32,000 nt of DNA, from NCBI RefSeq assembly GCF_000186885.1, contig NC_014972.1:1530001-1562000 (forward strand). The letters are read 5' to 3'. The notes under the pieces were generated by a model, which was not told the DNA's origin, ran no database searches, and worked only from the letters and a program-made list of their open reading frames with translations. Made by a program: the position numbers and the translations under genes. How positions within the stretch are numbered: the stretch's first letter is position 1; every line of letters begins with the position of its first letter. The stretch comes from Desulfobulbus propionicus DSM 2032 (GTDB lineage Bacteria > Desulfobacterota > Desulfobulbia > Desulfobulbales > Desulfobulbaceae). Shown one piece after another: positions 1 to 8,482 of this stretch.

Positions 1-134
1 AGAGGTTGGCGGACGATGAACAACTGGAAAAAGGCGATGACCGCGACGATGGGCGCCAGATCGACACAAGCGGACCAGTTTTTCTTCGCGACATAGTGCA
101 GGTGTCTGACAAACGGATGATGAAAGCCTGGCAT
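1..134 (-). CDS. N-terminal fragment of a membrane protein, possibly DUF1538-like, running off the window start
   Basis: The minus strand from the ATG at 134 reads MPGFHHPFVRHLHYVAKKNWSACVDLAPIVAVIAFFQLFIVRQP. It is open to the window edge and contains a hydrophobic segment. The family guess rests on general resemblance only. Confidence 0.45.
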   Translation of the reverse strand, partial: MPGFHHPFVRHLHYVAKKNWSACVDLAPIVAVIAFFQLFIVRQP

Positions 135-201
135 TCATGTGCTCCGTTGCGAGTGTCCGCCTGAAAAAGGCCGGCAGGGCGCAGGCGATGGGGAAACTTA
201 T

Positions 202-221
202 AATTTATGCTATCATAAATT
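202..221. promoter_or_regulatory. Perfect AT-rich inverted repeat AATTTATG-CTAT-CATAAATT, possible operator
   Basis: 8-bp arms separated by 4 nt, located upstream of the minus-strand CDS that starts at 134, in otherwise GC-rich DNA. Confidence 0.5.
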
Positions 222-276
222 CGATTGTTTCTCCACCGTTGAAACAGTGGCCGGGGGTGCAACACCGACTGTGCAA

Positions 277-312
277 CAAAAAAAAGCCGGGTCATTGACC
301 CGGCTTTTTTTT
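277..312. terminator. Rho-independent terminator downstream of the hdrA/mvhD gene, potentially bidirectional
   Basis: AAAAAAAGCCGGGTCA-TTG-ACCCGGCTTTTTTTT: a GC stem flanked by an A-run and a T-run. Confidence 0.9.
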
Positions 313-332
313 GTTCATGGATGGGGCTGTTC

Positions 333-2756
333 TTACAGTTTGCTGAGAATGTTCTGGGTTTCGGCGATTTCCTCGGCGGTCACGCTTTGCCGGATCTGTT
401 CCATTCGTTTCATGGTTTCGGCAAAACGGATGCCCTCGGCGGCGCTGATCCACTCCAGTTGCAACCGTTCCGGACGGATGCCGATCTTTTCCATCTTCTT
501 GTGGATGCGGGCCACCCGCTTCTCGGTCCAGTGGTTGGCGTCGATGTAATGGCAGTCGCCGATATGGCAGCCGCTGACCAGCACCACCGGCGCACCTTTG
601 CGGAAGCCTTCCCAGATGAACTTCTCATCCACCCGGCCCGAACACATCACCCGTACCAGGTGCACGTTGGCCGGATACTGCAACCGCGAGACACCGGCAT
701 AATCGGCGCCGGCATACGAGCACCAGTTGCAGGCAAAGGCGAGGATCTTCGACTCCGGCGCCGTATCGAGCATGGTGTCCACCTGACCAAGAATCTGGGT
801 GTCGGTGAAGTGGTTCATGCTGATAGCGTCGAACCGGCATTCGGCCGAGCAGGTGCCGCAGCCGGCGCAGGCCGCCGAATTGACCACCGCCGGCTTCTTG
901 TTCTTCACATCCACGGTGATCGCGCCATACGGACAGACCTCGGCGCACTTGCCGCAGGCCTTACACTTTTCGGCGATGATCGTCGAGGTGATTGGCTCGG
1001 TGGTGATCTCCCCTCTATGCATCACCCGAATCGCCCGCATGGCCGCAGCCGAGGCCTGGGTGACGCTGTCCTTAATGTCCTTGGGGCCCTCAGCGCAGCC
1101 GGCAAAGAAGATGCCACGGGTGGCGGCATCCACCGGCTGCAATTTGGGATGGGCTTCAAGGTAGAAACCGTCCGAGGTCAGCTGCAACCCCATGATCTCC
1201 TGCAAGCGCTGGGTCGAGGGCGCGGGTTTTATTCCCTGGGCCAGCACCAGCATGTCGAGGTCGTGAAATTCGAGTTTGCTAGTGGCAGCATTTTCCACCG
1301 CCACCCGCAGGCTGCCGTTATCAAGCTCCTCGACAGAGCCGGGCAGGCCGCGGATGTACTGGGCACCCATGCGGCGACTGCGGGTATAGAGATCTTCAAA
1401 CCCCTTGCCAAAGGCCCGGATGTCAATATAGAACACCTTGACCTCGACATCGGGATAATGCTCCTTGATGATGAAGGTCGATTTGATGGTGTTCATGCAG
1501 CAGATGTTGGAGCAGTAGTGGCCGCCCTTCTTGGCCGAGCGCGAGCCCACACACTGGATGAACCCAACCGATTTCGGGTGGTTTCTGTCCGAAGGCCGCA
1601 CCAGGGACCCTTTGGTCGGACCGCTGGCGTTGACCAACCGCTCGAATTCCAGGCTGGTCAGCACGTTGTCAAACCGGGTGTAACCGTACTCGTCCATTTC
1701 GGTCGGGTCGTAGGGCTGCAGGCCGGTGGCGACGATGATCGTGCCCACCTCCTCGATGATCTCCTCGTCCGACATGTGGAAATTGATGCAGCCCTTGGCG
1801 CAGACCTCGACGCATTTGGAGCACACCGCCGGGTTGTGGCCCAGGCACTCCTTGGCGTTGATCAGGTACGAGGAGGGCACCGCCTGAGGAAAGGGCGAGT
1901 AAATGGCCTTGCGCGATCCCAGCCCCATGTTGAACTCATCGGGCCGCACCACCGGGCAGACCTTGGCGCACTCACCGCAGGCCGTGCAGCTCGTCTCATC
2001 AACATAACGCGCCTTCTTAATGATTTTTACTTTGAAGTTACCGACGTATCCTTTTACATCGACCACTTCGCTCAACGTCAACAGCTTTATCCGTGGATGT
2101 CGACCGACATCCGTCATCTTAGGACCTAAGATTCAAATGGAGCAGTCCATCGTCGGGAAAGTCTTGTCGATCTGGGCCATGATGCCGCCGATGGAGGGGC
2201 TCTTCTCCACCAGGGTAACGTCATAGCCGCTGTCAGCCAGGTCGAGCGCCGCCTGGATCCCGGCCACGCCGCCGCCGATGACCAGGGTCTTCGGGGTCAG
2301 GGGGAGGGTGTCCTCGTGCAGCGGCTCCAGGTGGCGTACCCGGCTGATGGCCATGTTGACCAGGGTCTCGGCCTTGAGGGTCGCCCCCTCCTTGTCGTTC
2401 ATGTGCACCCAGGAGCATTGTTCGCGCAGGTTGGCCATATCGAGCATGTAGGGGTTGAGGCCCACCGCGTCGATCATCTTCTTGAAGGTCGCCTCATGGA
2501 GGCGCGGCGAGCAGGAGGCGATCACCACCCGGTCGAGGCCATTGTCGATGATGTCCTGCTTGATCTGCTGCTGCCCCGGCTCGGAACAGGCGTAGACGAT
2601 ATCCTTGGACACCACGACGCCGTCCTCGTTCTCCACGGTCTGGGCGACACGATGGCAGTCGACGGATTGGGCGATGTTGAGGCCGCAGTGGCAGACATAG
2701 ACGCCGATGCGGGGTTCCTGGTCGCCGGCGGGTTTGGCAGAAGTAGGTTTTGACAT
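333..2756 (-). CDS. hdrA: HdrA-like heterodisulfide reductase subunit A fused to a C-terminal MvhD domain; predicted selenoprotein with Sec encoded by the TGA at 2133-2135
   Basis: ORFs 2133..2756 (-) and 333..2117 (-) are in the same frame. Reading through the TGA gives ...IDKTFPTMDCSI-U-ILGPKMTDVGRHPRIKLL..., restoring the HdrA motif DCSIC-I-L-x-PKM with Sec in the Cys position. The protein also has a GGGVAGIQAALDLADSGYDVTLVEK FAD motif, 4Fe-4S motifs (CTACGECAKVCP, CKACGKCAEVCP, CAGCGTCSAECR) and the C-terminal MvhD-like segment FACNWCSYAGADYAGVSRLQYPANVHLVRVMCSGRVD. Confidence 0.93.
2095..2112 (-). promoter_or_regulatory. Candidate bacterial SECIS stem-loop
   Basis: The minus strand reads GGATGTC-GGTC-GACATCC: a perfect 7-bp stem with a GGTC apical loop beginning 28 nt after the TGA. 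Guanines at the start of the apical loop fit bacterial SECIS models. Confidence 0.7.
2116..2132 (-). repeat. Perfect inverted repeat directly 3' of the TGA Sec codon
   Basis: The minus strand reads ATCTTAG-GTC-CTAAGAT immediately after the TGA. Confidence 0.7.
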
Positions 2757-2871
2757 GGTTGTTCTCCGAAAAAGCGTATGAGCTTGTTGGTCTATTCGTC
2801 TGTAGGATTTTGGTCGGGAGGGGTTCGTTGTTTGCCTCGCGGACCGGTCCCGCTACAGGTGATCGATCTTC

Positions 2872-4479
2872 TTATTCCCAGCGGATGGTCTGGGCGATAA
2901 CGCTGGTCAAATCCATCAGTTCGATGCTGAGCTGTTCGCGGCGGAAGGGGTCTTCCATGGCGCATTTGAGATGGATCTGGCATTTGGGGCAGGCGGTGAC
3001 CACCAGGTCGCTGCCGGTGGCGTGCGCCTGCTGAAGCCGTTTGACCTGCATGGCCTTGCTGTAGCTGTCGCAGCCGGTCCAGGCACAGTTGCCGCAGCAG
3101 ATCGAGGCACCGCCGGATTCCTTCATTTCCACGAATTGTTTGGGTTTGAGCCGTTTGAGCAGTTTGCGCGGCAAATCGACCCTCCCCTCCAGGCGGCCCA
3201 GGCGGCAGGAATCCTGGAAGGTGATCGCATGGTCAAACGGTTCGAAGCCGACGGCTCCCTTGTCAATCTGTTCTTCAAGGAAATCATAGAGATGGACCAC
3301 CTTGAATTTTGGTTCCAGCCCCTGCTCGGCATAGGTGGTGCGCAGGGTCATGAAACACTCGGGACAGGTGGTGATCACCGTCTCGATGCCCAGTTGATTG
3401 AGCTGGTCGACATTGAGCCGGGCCAGCCGTAGAAAGTTTTCCCGGTCGCCGGACCAGAGCAGGTCGTGGCCGCAGCAGCGCTCGTCGCTCAGCAGGCGGG
3501 GGGCGACGTCGAAAAAGTTCAGCAACCGCAGGCTGTCGATCAGAATCCGGTTGGTTTCCACTTCCATGCGCTTGCCGAAAAAAACATCGTAATAGGGAGC
3601 GCAACCGCCGAAAAACAGGGTGGTACTGTGCGGATCGACGCGAATGTCCTCGGGCAGCTCGGTCCATCGCTTGGGAGTGATCGAGGGCGAGCTCATGGAG
3701 CGCATCAACGAATGGAAAAAGCCGCCGTGCACCTCCTGGCCAGGGAGTTCGGTTTGCCGGTAAAGGTGGCGCAATTCCTTGATGAAGGCTGGAAAGTTGA
3801 CCGCCGAGGGGCAGCGCTCATAGCAGAGACCGCAGGTCAGGCAGGACCAGGCGTTTTCGCGCACGCCGGGCGCGTGGATGCCGCCGGTGATCACCGCCGA
3901 GGCAATGGCACGCGGCGAGAAGGATTTGCCGATCAGAGCCAGGGGGCAGGCCGAGGTGCATTTGCCGCAATCCTGGCAGGCGTGGATATCGTAGGTAGCG
4001 ACCAGCTGCTGCAGTTCCTGCTTGCAGGCGGCCACATCCGGGACCGGAACCACCGGCACGGGATCGATGCCGGCCGGCCCAAGGGCGCGAATATCGGAGC
4101 TGAACTCCTGGAGAAAGGCGAGCAGCTGCTCCGACTCTTCCGGGAGAAAGGCGGCGAAGCGCAACCGGTCACCGCCCAGGCCCATGATATCGAGCACCTT
4201 CTGCACGTCCTGGGTGTTGCGCTGGGAGGTGGCGGTGCCGCTGCCGTAGCGGCAGGTGCCTGGTTCGCAACCCACCAGGGCGACGCCGTCTGCGCCCTTG
4301 GCAAAAGCCTTGAGCATCATTGCCCGGTCGATGCGGCCGGTGCATGGAGTGCGAACCATGCGGATCTCGTCGGGAATGGGCCGGCGCTGATCCTGCAGGG
4401 TGAGGAAGGCGGCATGGGCCCCCCAGTTACAGAGAAAAAGAAGGATATTCAACTTGTTGTGACTGGCTTGATTATTCAT
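2872..4479 (-). CDS. Heterodisulfide-reductase-like fusion: degenerate MvhD-like N-terminus, 4Fe-4S (HdrC-like) domain, and two CCG (HdrB/HdrD-like) cysteine-rich domains
   Basis: The protein contains CQDCGKCTSACP and CLTCGLCYERCP, then LFFGGCAPYYD...CCGHDLLWSG...TTCPECF and ITFQDSCRLGR...GGASICCGNCAWTG...TACPKCQ. The start was chosen at MNNQASHNK, near 4478/4479, rather than the longer ORF start at 4608, which overlaps the upstream gene. Confidence 0.88.
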   Translation of the reverse strand: MNNQASHNKLNILLFLCNWGAHAAFLTLQDQRRPIPDEIRMVRTPCTGRIDRAMMLKAFAKGADGVALVGCEPGTCRYGSGTATSQRNTQDVQKVLDIMGLGGDRLRFAAFLPEESEQLLAFLQEFSSDIRALGPAGIDPVPVVPVPDVAACKQELQQLVATYDIHACQDCGKCTSACPLALIGKSFSPRAIASAVITGGIHAPGVRENAWSCLTCGLCYERCPSAVNFPAFIKELRHLYRQTELPGQEVHGGFFHSLMRSMSSPSITPKRWTELPEDIRVDPHSTTLFFGGCAPYYDVFFGKRMEVETNRILIDSLRLLNFFDVAPRLLSDERCCGHDLLWSGDRENFLRLARLNVDQLNQLGIETVITTCPECFMTLRTTYAEQGLEPKFKVVHLYDFLEEQIDKGAVGFEPFDHAITFQDSCRLGRLEGRVDLPRKLLKRLKPKQFVEMKESGGASICCGNCAWTGCDSYSKAMQVKRLQQAHATGSDLVVTACPKCQIHLKCAMEDPFRREQLSIELMDLTSVIAQTIRWE

Positions 4480-7400
4480 GGACGCTGTCCTTGGAGAGCA
4501 ACTCCTCAAGGGCCTGTTCGAGAAAGGCCCGATTGCGGTAGGGACTGTCGGCGGCGCCGGTGGGGCAGACCGAGAGGCAGTTGCCGCAGCCCTTGCACAG
4601 GGCTTCATCGATGTGGGCGTGCCAGCCCCCCACGGTGTTGGCTTGCAGGGTCACCGCGTGATAGAGACAGACATTGGCGCAACGGCCGCAGCCGCGGCAC
4701 AGCTGGTCGTCGATGGCCGCGGTGAATCCCTTGGACTGGCGGGGGCCACGCGGCATGGCCGCCGCCACCATCACCGCCGCCGCCGTTCCCTTTTTTAGCT
4801 TGGAAACGTTGATGTCCGGCGGTTCGGCCAAATACAGGCCGGGCACCGAGGTGGCGCAGGGATAGGCAAAGGGGATGCCGGTGATCCCGCGCTCCTGCAT
4901 CAGCGGCTCGACCGGGGCGCTCGGCAGTCCTTCCTGGTGACTGTAGGCGATGCGCCGCCGGGCCTTTTCCCCGAGGATGACCGTGCCGGCCCGCAGGATC
5001 TGACTGTGGCCGTCGGATTCGATCAATATCTGAAAGTCACCCAAGGTGCCGCTGATGCCCTTGACGTTCCAGTCCGGGAAGTTGTGGATATTGGCATGAT
5101 CAACCAGATCGGTGAGCGGCTGCTCGGCGGTCCCGAAACGGAAGACCTCGTGATCGCTGTCCGCCAGCGTCAGGGCGCTGGTGATGGTCGCCTGGGAGTT
5201 GCCGATGACCGCGGCGGCAAAGTTGTAGTTGCGGTCCACCGTCGGCAGCGGCTTGAGGGTCAGGGTCCGCTTGATCGAGCGTTGCAGCAATCCCTTGAAC
5301 CGGTCCAGGGCCAATGCTGGATTGGATTCGACCAGCCGGAGAATCTCGCCGCGCAGGTTGCAGGTCTCGACCATGGAACGGCTGATGCCGGTACCGTGGA
5401 ACAGGTTGTTTTTCAACCGGCTGCGTTGATCGGTACAGGCGCTGCACACAAAATTGAGCGGGCAGCAGACGCAGGAGGCGAGCACCAGGCGGGTGATCCC
5501 CTTTTCCCGCACCGCATGGATGATGGCCTGGGAGCCTTCCTCCACGCAGGCCGAGGCGAGCATCTCGGTGTGGACGATGTCCGGGTCGGTGGCGGCCAGT
5601 TGTTCGAGGTAGTCGTTCATGCCTTCCAGCCAGCCCAGGCTGTCGTTGCAGCGGCAGACAAAAACACCGATGCGGATCTCCGGCGACAGGCCGGAGTCTG
5701 GCACCGAGACCGTGCGGCCGTGTCCCTTGGTCTTGTTGGAGGCGCCGCCCAGCAGCAGCATGGCACGGGCGGCGGCGTCAAAACCCCGCACGATCATGTC
5801 GTTGACATTGGGCCGCGCCGCCTTGGGCCCATAGGCGCGGATGATGTCGTCGCCCTTGATGTTGGGGGCGATGTTCGGATCGGCGACGATCACCGCGCCG
5901 CACTGTTCGACGACCTCGTCTTTTTCCTGGAAATGGTCGATGGCCTTGAGCGCGCCGCAGGCGGCGACGCACTGCAGGCATTCCGAGCACACGCCGCATT
6001 GCAGGCAACGGCTGGCCTCGGCCGCCATCTGGGATTGGGTGAAGCCCGTGGCCACTTCCTGAAAACTGTGCATTCGCGTGGCTGCCTGGAGTTCGGGCAC
6101 ACGGGTGCGCGGTTGCTTGGGCAGATCCTCGGGAATACAACGGAAATCCTTGGCGTTCGGCCGGGACACCGCACTCTCCTCGCGGATGCCGCTGAGGTCC
6201 GCGTGGATGGCACGCGCCGCCTTGCGCCCGGTGGCCATGGCCTTGACCACCGAGGAAGGACCGGAAACCGTGTCGCCGGCGGCGTAGACCCGGGCCATGG
6301 TGGTGTGCAACTCCTGATCGGTTTCGATGAAACCGCGTTCGCTGACCGCGATCCGGCCGCCGAAGCTCTTGGCGGTATAGCCGCCCACCTGGCCGATGGC
6401 CACGAAGGCGCGGTCAAAGGCACGTTGAACAGGTTGCTGCCCCTCGGCCACCACCGGCCAGGCGATGCCGCGGCTGTCCGGTTTACCCGGTTGGGTGCGC
6501 ATGCATTCCAGGTGACTGAAGCGGCCGTTTTCGCCCCGGAAGGCGACCACCTGGGTGGCGTCGATGATCGTCACCCCCTCCTCGACCGCCTCGCGGACCT
6601 CGTCCGGATCGGCCGGGATGTGTTCGGCATCGAACCAGGAAACGATGCTCACCTGGGCGCCCATGCGGGCCAGGGTACGGGCCAGGTCAAAGGCCGAGTT
6701 GCCGTCGCCGATCACCGCCACCTTTTCCGGTAGACTGGTCAGTGCCTCCCATTCCTTGCGCGCCAGGAACGCCAGGCATCCTTCCACTCCCGGCAGATCC
6801 TCGCCCTCGACACCCATCCGCCGGTCCTGCCAGGTGCCGGTGGAGAGGATCAGGGCATCGTGTTCCCGGGACAGACGATCAAGGTCGGCGGCCAGATCAA
6901 TGGGGTGATTGGCGACAAAGTTGACTCCCATCTGTTCGATCAGGTGGATCTCGCGGTCGAGAATGGCACGCGGCAGACGATGGGCGCCGATGCCGTAGCG
7001 GAGCAGTCCGCCGACCTCGGGCTCCTTTTCAAAGACCGTGACCCCGTAGCCCTTGCGCGCCAGGTCGGCCGCGGCGGCGATCCCCGCCGGACCGGAACCG
7101 ATCACCGCGATGTTCTCGGGCCGTTTCGCCACGGTTTGCTCCGCCGTGATCTGAGCGGCGGCCTCGGTGCTTTCGTAGTCGGCGAGAAAACGCTTGATCG
7201 CCCGAATCGACACCGGATCGTCGACTCCGCCGCGACGACAGGCTTCCTCGCAGGGATGGGTGCAGACCCGGCCGCAAATGCCGGGCAGGACATTGTCCCG
7301 GCGGATCAGGGCCAGGGCCTCGGCATATCTGCCTTGGGCGGCCAGGGCGATGTAGCCTTGGGCATTGACCCCCAGCGGACAGTTTTCCTGGCAGAGCGGC

Positions 7401-7852
7401 TGGCGACGCTTGTCGATCCAAGGTCGGCCAGGCAGGCTGGTGCGGGCGTTGTAGCGCAATGCCCGGCCGCCATCCGGATGGTTCACGGGGCAGGCGGCCA
7501 CGCATTTGCCGCACAGGGTGCAGCGGTCGGTGTCGATAAAGGTCTGCTCCTGATCGATGCGGACACTGAATCCCTGAGAGGTGTGTTTGATAGAGCTAAT
7601 TCGTGCCGGCAGCAGGGTGCGGATCGAGGTGTTGCGGATGATTCGGATCAGGCCCGGTCGATGGGCAAAATTGAAGGTCAAGCCGGAGGGCAGGCGGTAT
7701 TCTTCGGCCGCCAGTTTGCGGTCCAGGTCGGGATCGCCATCGATCAGGGTTACTGGAATACCCAGTTCACCCAGCTTGTTGGTGGCGGCGATGCCCTCCG
7801 GGGTGGCGCCGGCGACGATCACCCGATACAATCGTTCTTTCTGTCGTTTCAT
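4472..7852 (-). CDS. Large (1126 aa) iron-sulfur flavoprotein: GltD/NADPH-dependent glutamate synthase beta-like oxidoreductase fused to HdrA-like and multi-4Fe-4S segments
   Basis: GltD-like block (PLCQENCPLGVNAQGYIALAAQGRYAEALALIRRDNVLPGICGRVCTHPCEEACRR; IAVIGSGPAGIAAAADLARKGYGVTVFEKEPEVGGLLRYGI; VAVIGDGNSAFDLARTLARMGA), HdrA-like block (IGVFVCRCNDSLGWL...VLASCVCCPLNF) and ferredoxin motifs (CTLCGKCVAACP, CRGCGRCANVC, CKGCGNCLSVCP). Confidence 0.92.
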   Translation of the reverse strand: MKRQKERLYRVIVAGATPEGIAATNKLGELGIPVTLIDGDPDLDRKLAAEEYRLPSGLTFNFAHRPGLIRIIRNTSIRTLLPARISSIKHTSQGFSVRIDQEQTFIDTDRCTLCGKCVAACPVNHPDGGRALRYNARTSLPGRPWIDKRRQPLCQENCPLGVNAQGYIALAAQGRYAEALALIRRDNVLPGICGRVCTHPCEEACRRGGVDDPVSIRAIKRFLADYESTEAAAQITAEQTVAKRPENIAVIGSGPAGIAAAADLARKGYGVTVFEKEPEVGGLLRYGIGAHRLPRAILDREIHLIEQMGVNFVANHPIDLAADLDRLSREHDALILSTGTWQDRRMGVEGEDLPGVEGCLAFLARKEWEALTSLPEKVAVIGDGNSAFDLARTLARMGAQVSIVSWFDAEHIPADPDEVREAVEEGVTIIDATQVVAFRGENGRFSHLECMRTQPGKPDSRGIAWPVVAEGQQPVQRAFDRAFVAIGQVGGYTAKSFGGRIAVSERGFIETDQELHTTMARVYAAGDTVSGPSSVVKAMATGRKAARAIHADLSGIREESAVSRPNAKDFRCIPEDLPKQPRTRVPELQAATRMHSFQEVATGFTQSQMAAEASRCLQCGVCSECLQCVAACGALKAIDHFQEKDEVVEQCGAVIVADPNIAPNIKGDDIIRAYGPKAARPNVNDMIVRGFDAAARAMLLLGGASNKTKGHGRTVSVPDSGLSPEIRIGVFVCRCNDSLGWLEGMNDYLEQLAATDPDIVHTEMLASACVEEGSQAIIHAVREKGITRLVLASCVCCPLNFVCSACTDQRSRLKNNLFHGTGISRSMVETCNLRGEILRLVESNPALALDRFKGLLQRSIKRTLTLKPLPTVDRNYNFAAAVIGNSQATITSALTLADSDHEVFRFGTAEQPLTDLVDHANIHNFPDWNVKGISGTLGDFQILIESDGHSQILRAGTVILGEKARRRIAYSHQEGLPSAPVEPLMQERGITGIPFAYPCATSVPGLYLAEPPDINVSKLKKGTAAAVMVAAAMPRGPRQSKGFTAAIDDQLCRGCGRCANVCLYHAVTLQANTVGGWHAHIDEALCKGCGNCLSVCPTGAADSPYRNRAFLEQALEELLSKDSVHE

Positions 7853-8451
7853 TGCGCCTTGGCTCCTGTCTGGCCGGCGGCCCGTTTTTCCCGACCCTTG
7901 AGGGTGGACAGACCGTAATCAAATCCCTTGGTGAAGGCCTCGATGTTGCGTTCCTCGGTGCCCTTGGGCACTGACTGGCGGATGGTGGCCTGGGCGGCCT
8001 CGCTGGAAACCGCCTTGGTGATGGCGGTACAGAAACCGAGCATGATGATGTTGGCCATCATCTTGTTGCCCAGATTCTCGGCCATGCGGGTGGCCGCGAT
8101 GGCGAAATGGTCGCAGGGCGCGTTTTCCGGGTTGACCAGGTCTTGGTCGACCAGGAGTACCGACTCGGGCACCAGGGCTGGCGCGAATTTGTCGTAGCCG
8201 GCCTGGGACATGGCCACCAGGATCTTGGGGGTGTTGACGTAGGGGTAATGGATCGGGACGTCGGAGATGATAACCTGGGCATTGCAGGCGCCGCCGCGCG
8301 ATTCCGGGCCATAGGCCTGGACCAGGGTGGATTCCTTCTTGTCGCCGAGCGAGGCCGCCATGCCGAGGATCCGACCGGCCAGAATGATGCCCTGGCCGCC
8401 GAAACCGGTGACGATGATCTCGGTCTGGCTGGATGGTGCGTTTTTGCTCAT
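7849..8451 (-). CDS. korC: 2-oxoacid:ferredoxin oxidoreductase, gamma subunit
   Basis: EIIVTGFGGQGIILAGRILGMAASLGDKKESTLVQAYGPESRGGACNAQVIISD is typical of the gamma subunit. It overlaps the downstream gene by 4 bp. Confidence 0.93.
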   Translation of the reverse strand: MSKNAPSSQTEIIVTGFGGQGIILAGRILGMAASLGDKKESTLVQAYGPESRGGACNAQVIISDVPIHYPYVNTPKILVAMSQAGYDKFAPALVPESVLLVDQDLVNPENAPCDHFAIAATRMAENLGNKMMANIIMLGFCTAITKAVSSEAAQATIRQSVPKGTEERNIEAFTKGFDYGLSTLKGREKRAAGQTGAKAQ

Positions 8452-8482
8452 GGTGTTTCCCGGAATGGAGAAGAGAAAAGGA

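Noticed and set aside
321-2129. 602-aa plus-strand ORF
   Set aside because: It lies antisense to the strongly supported hdrA gene and has no recognisable domain. Long shadow ORFs are common in GC-rich DNA.
2115-2756. Interpretation of hdrA as a pseudogene with a nonsense mutation or frameshift
   Set aside because: Both halves are in the same frame with intact motifs. The only interruption is a single TGA exactly at a conserved Cys, followed by a SECIS-like stem-loop.
4937-6733. 598-aa plus-strand ORF opposite the large flavoprotein gene
   Set aside because: Low-complexity, His/Gly/Ala/Asp-rich antisense translation with no motifs. The opposite strand encodes clear Fe-S and FAD motifs.
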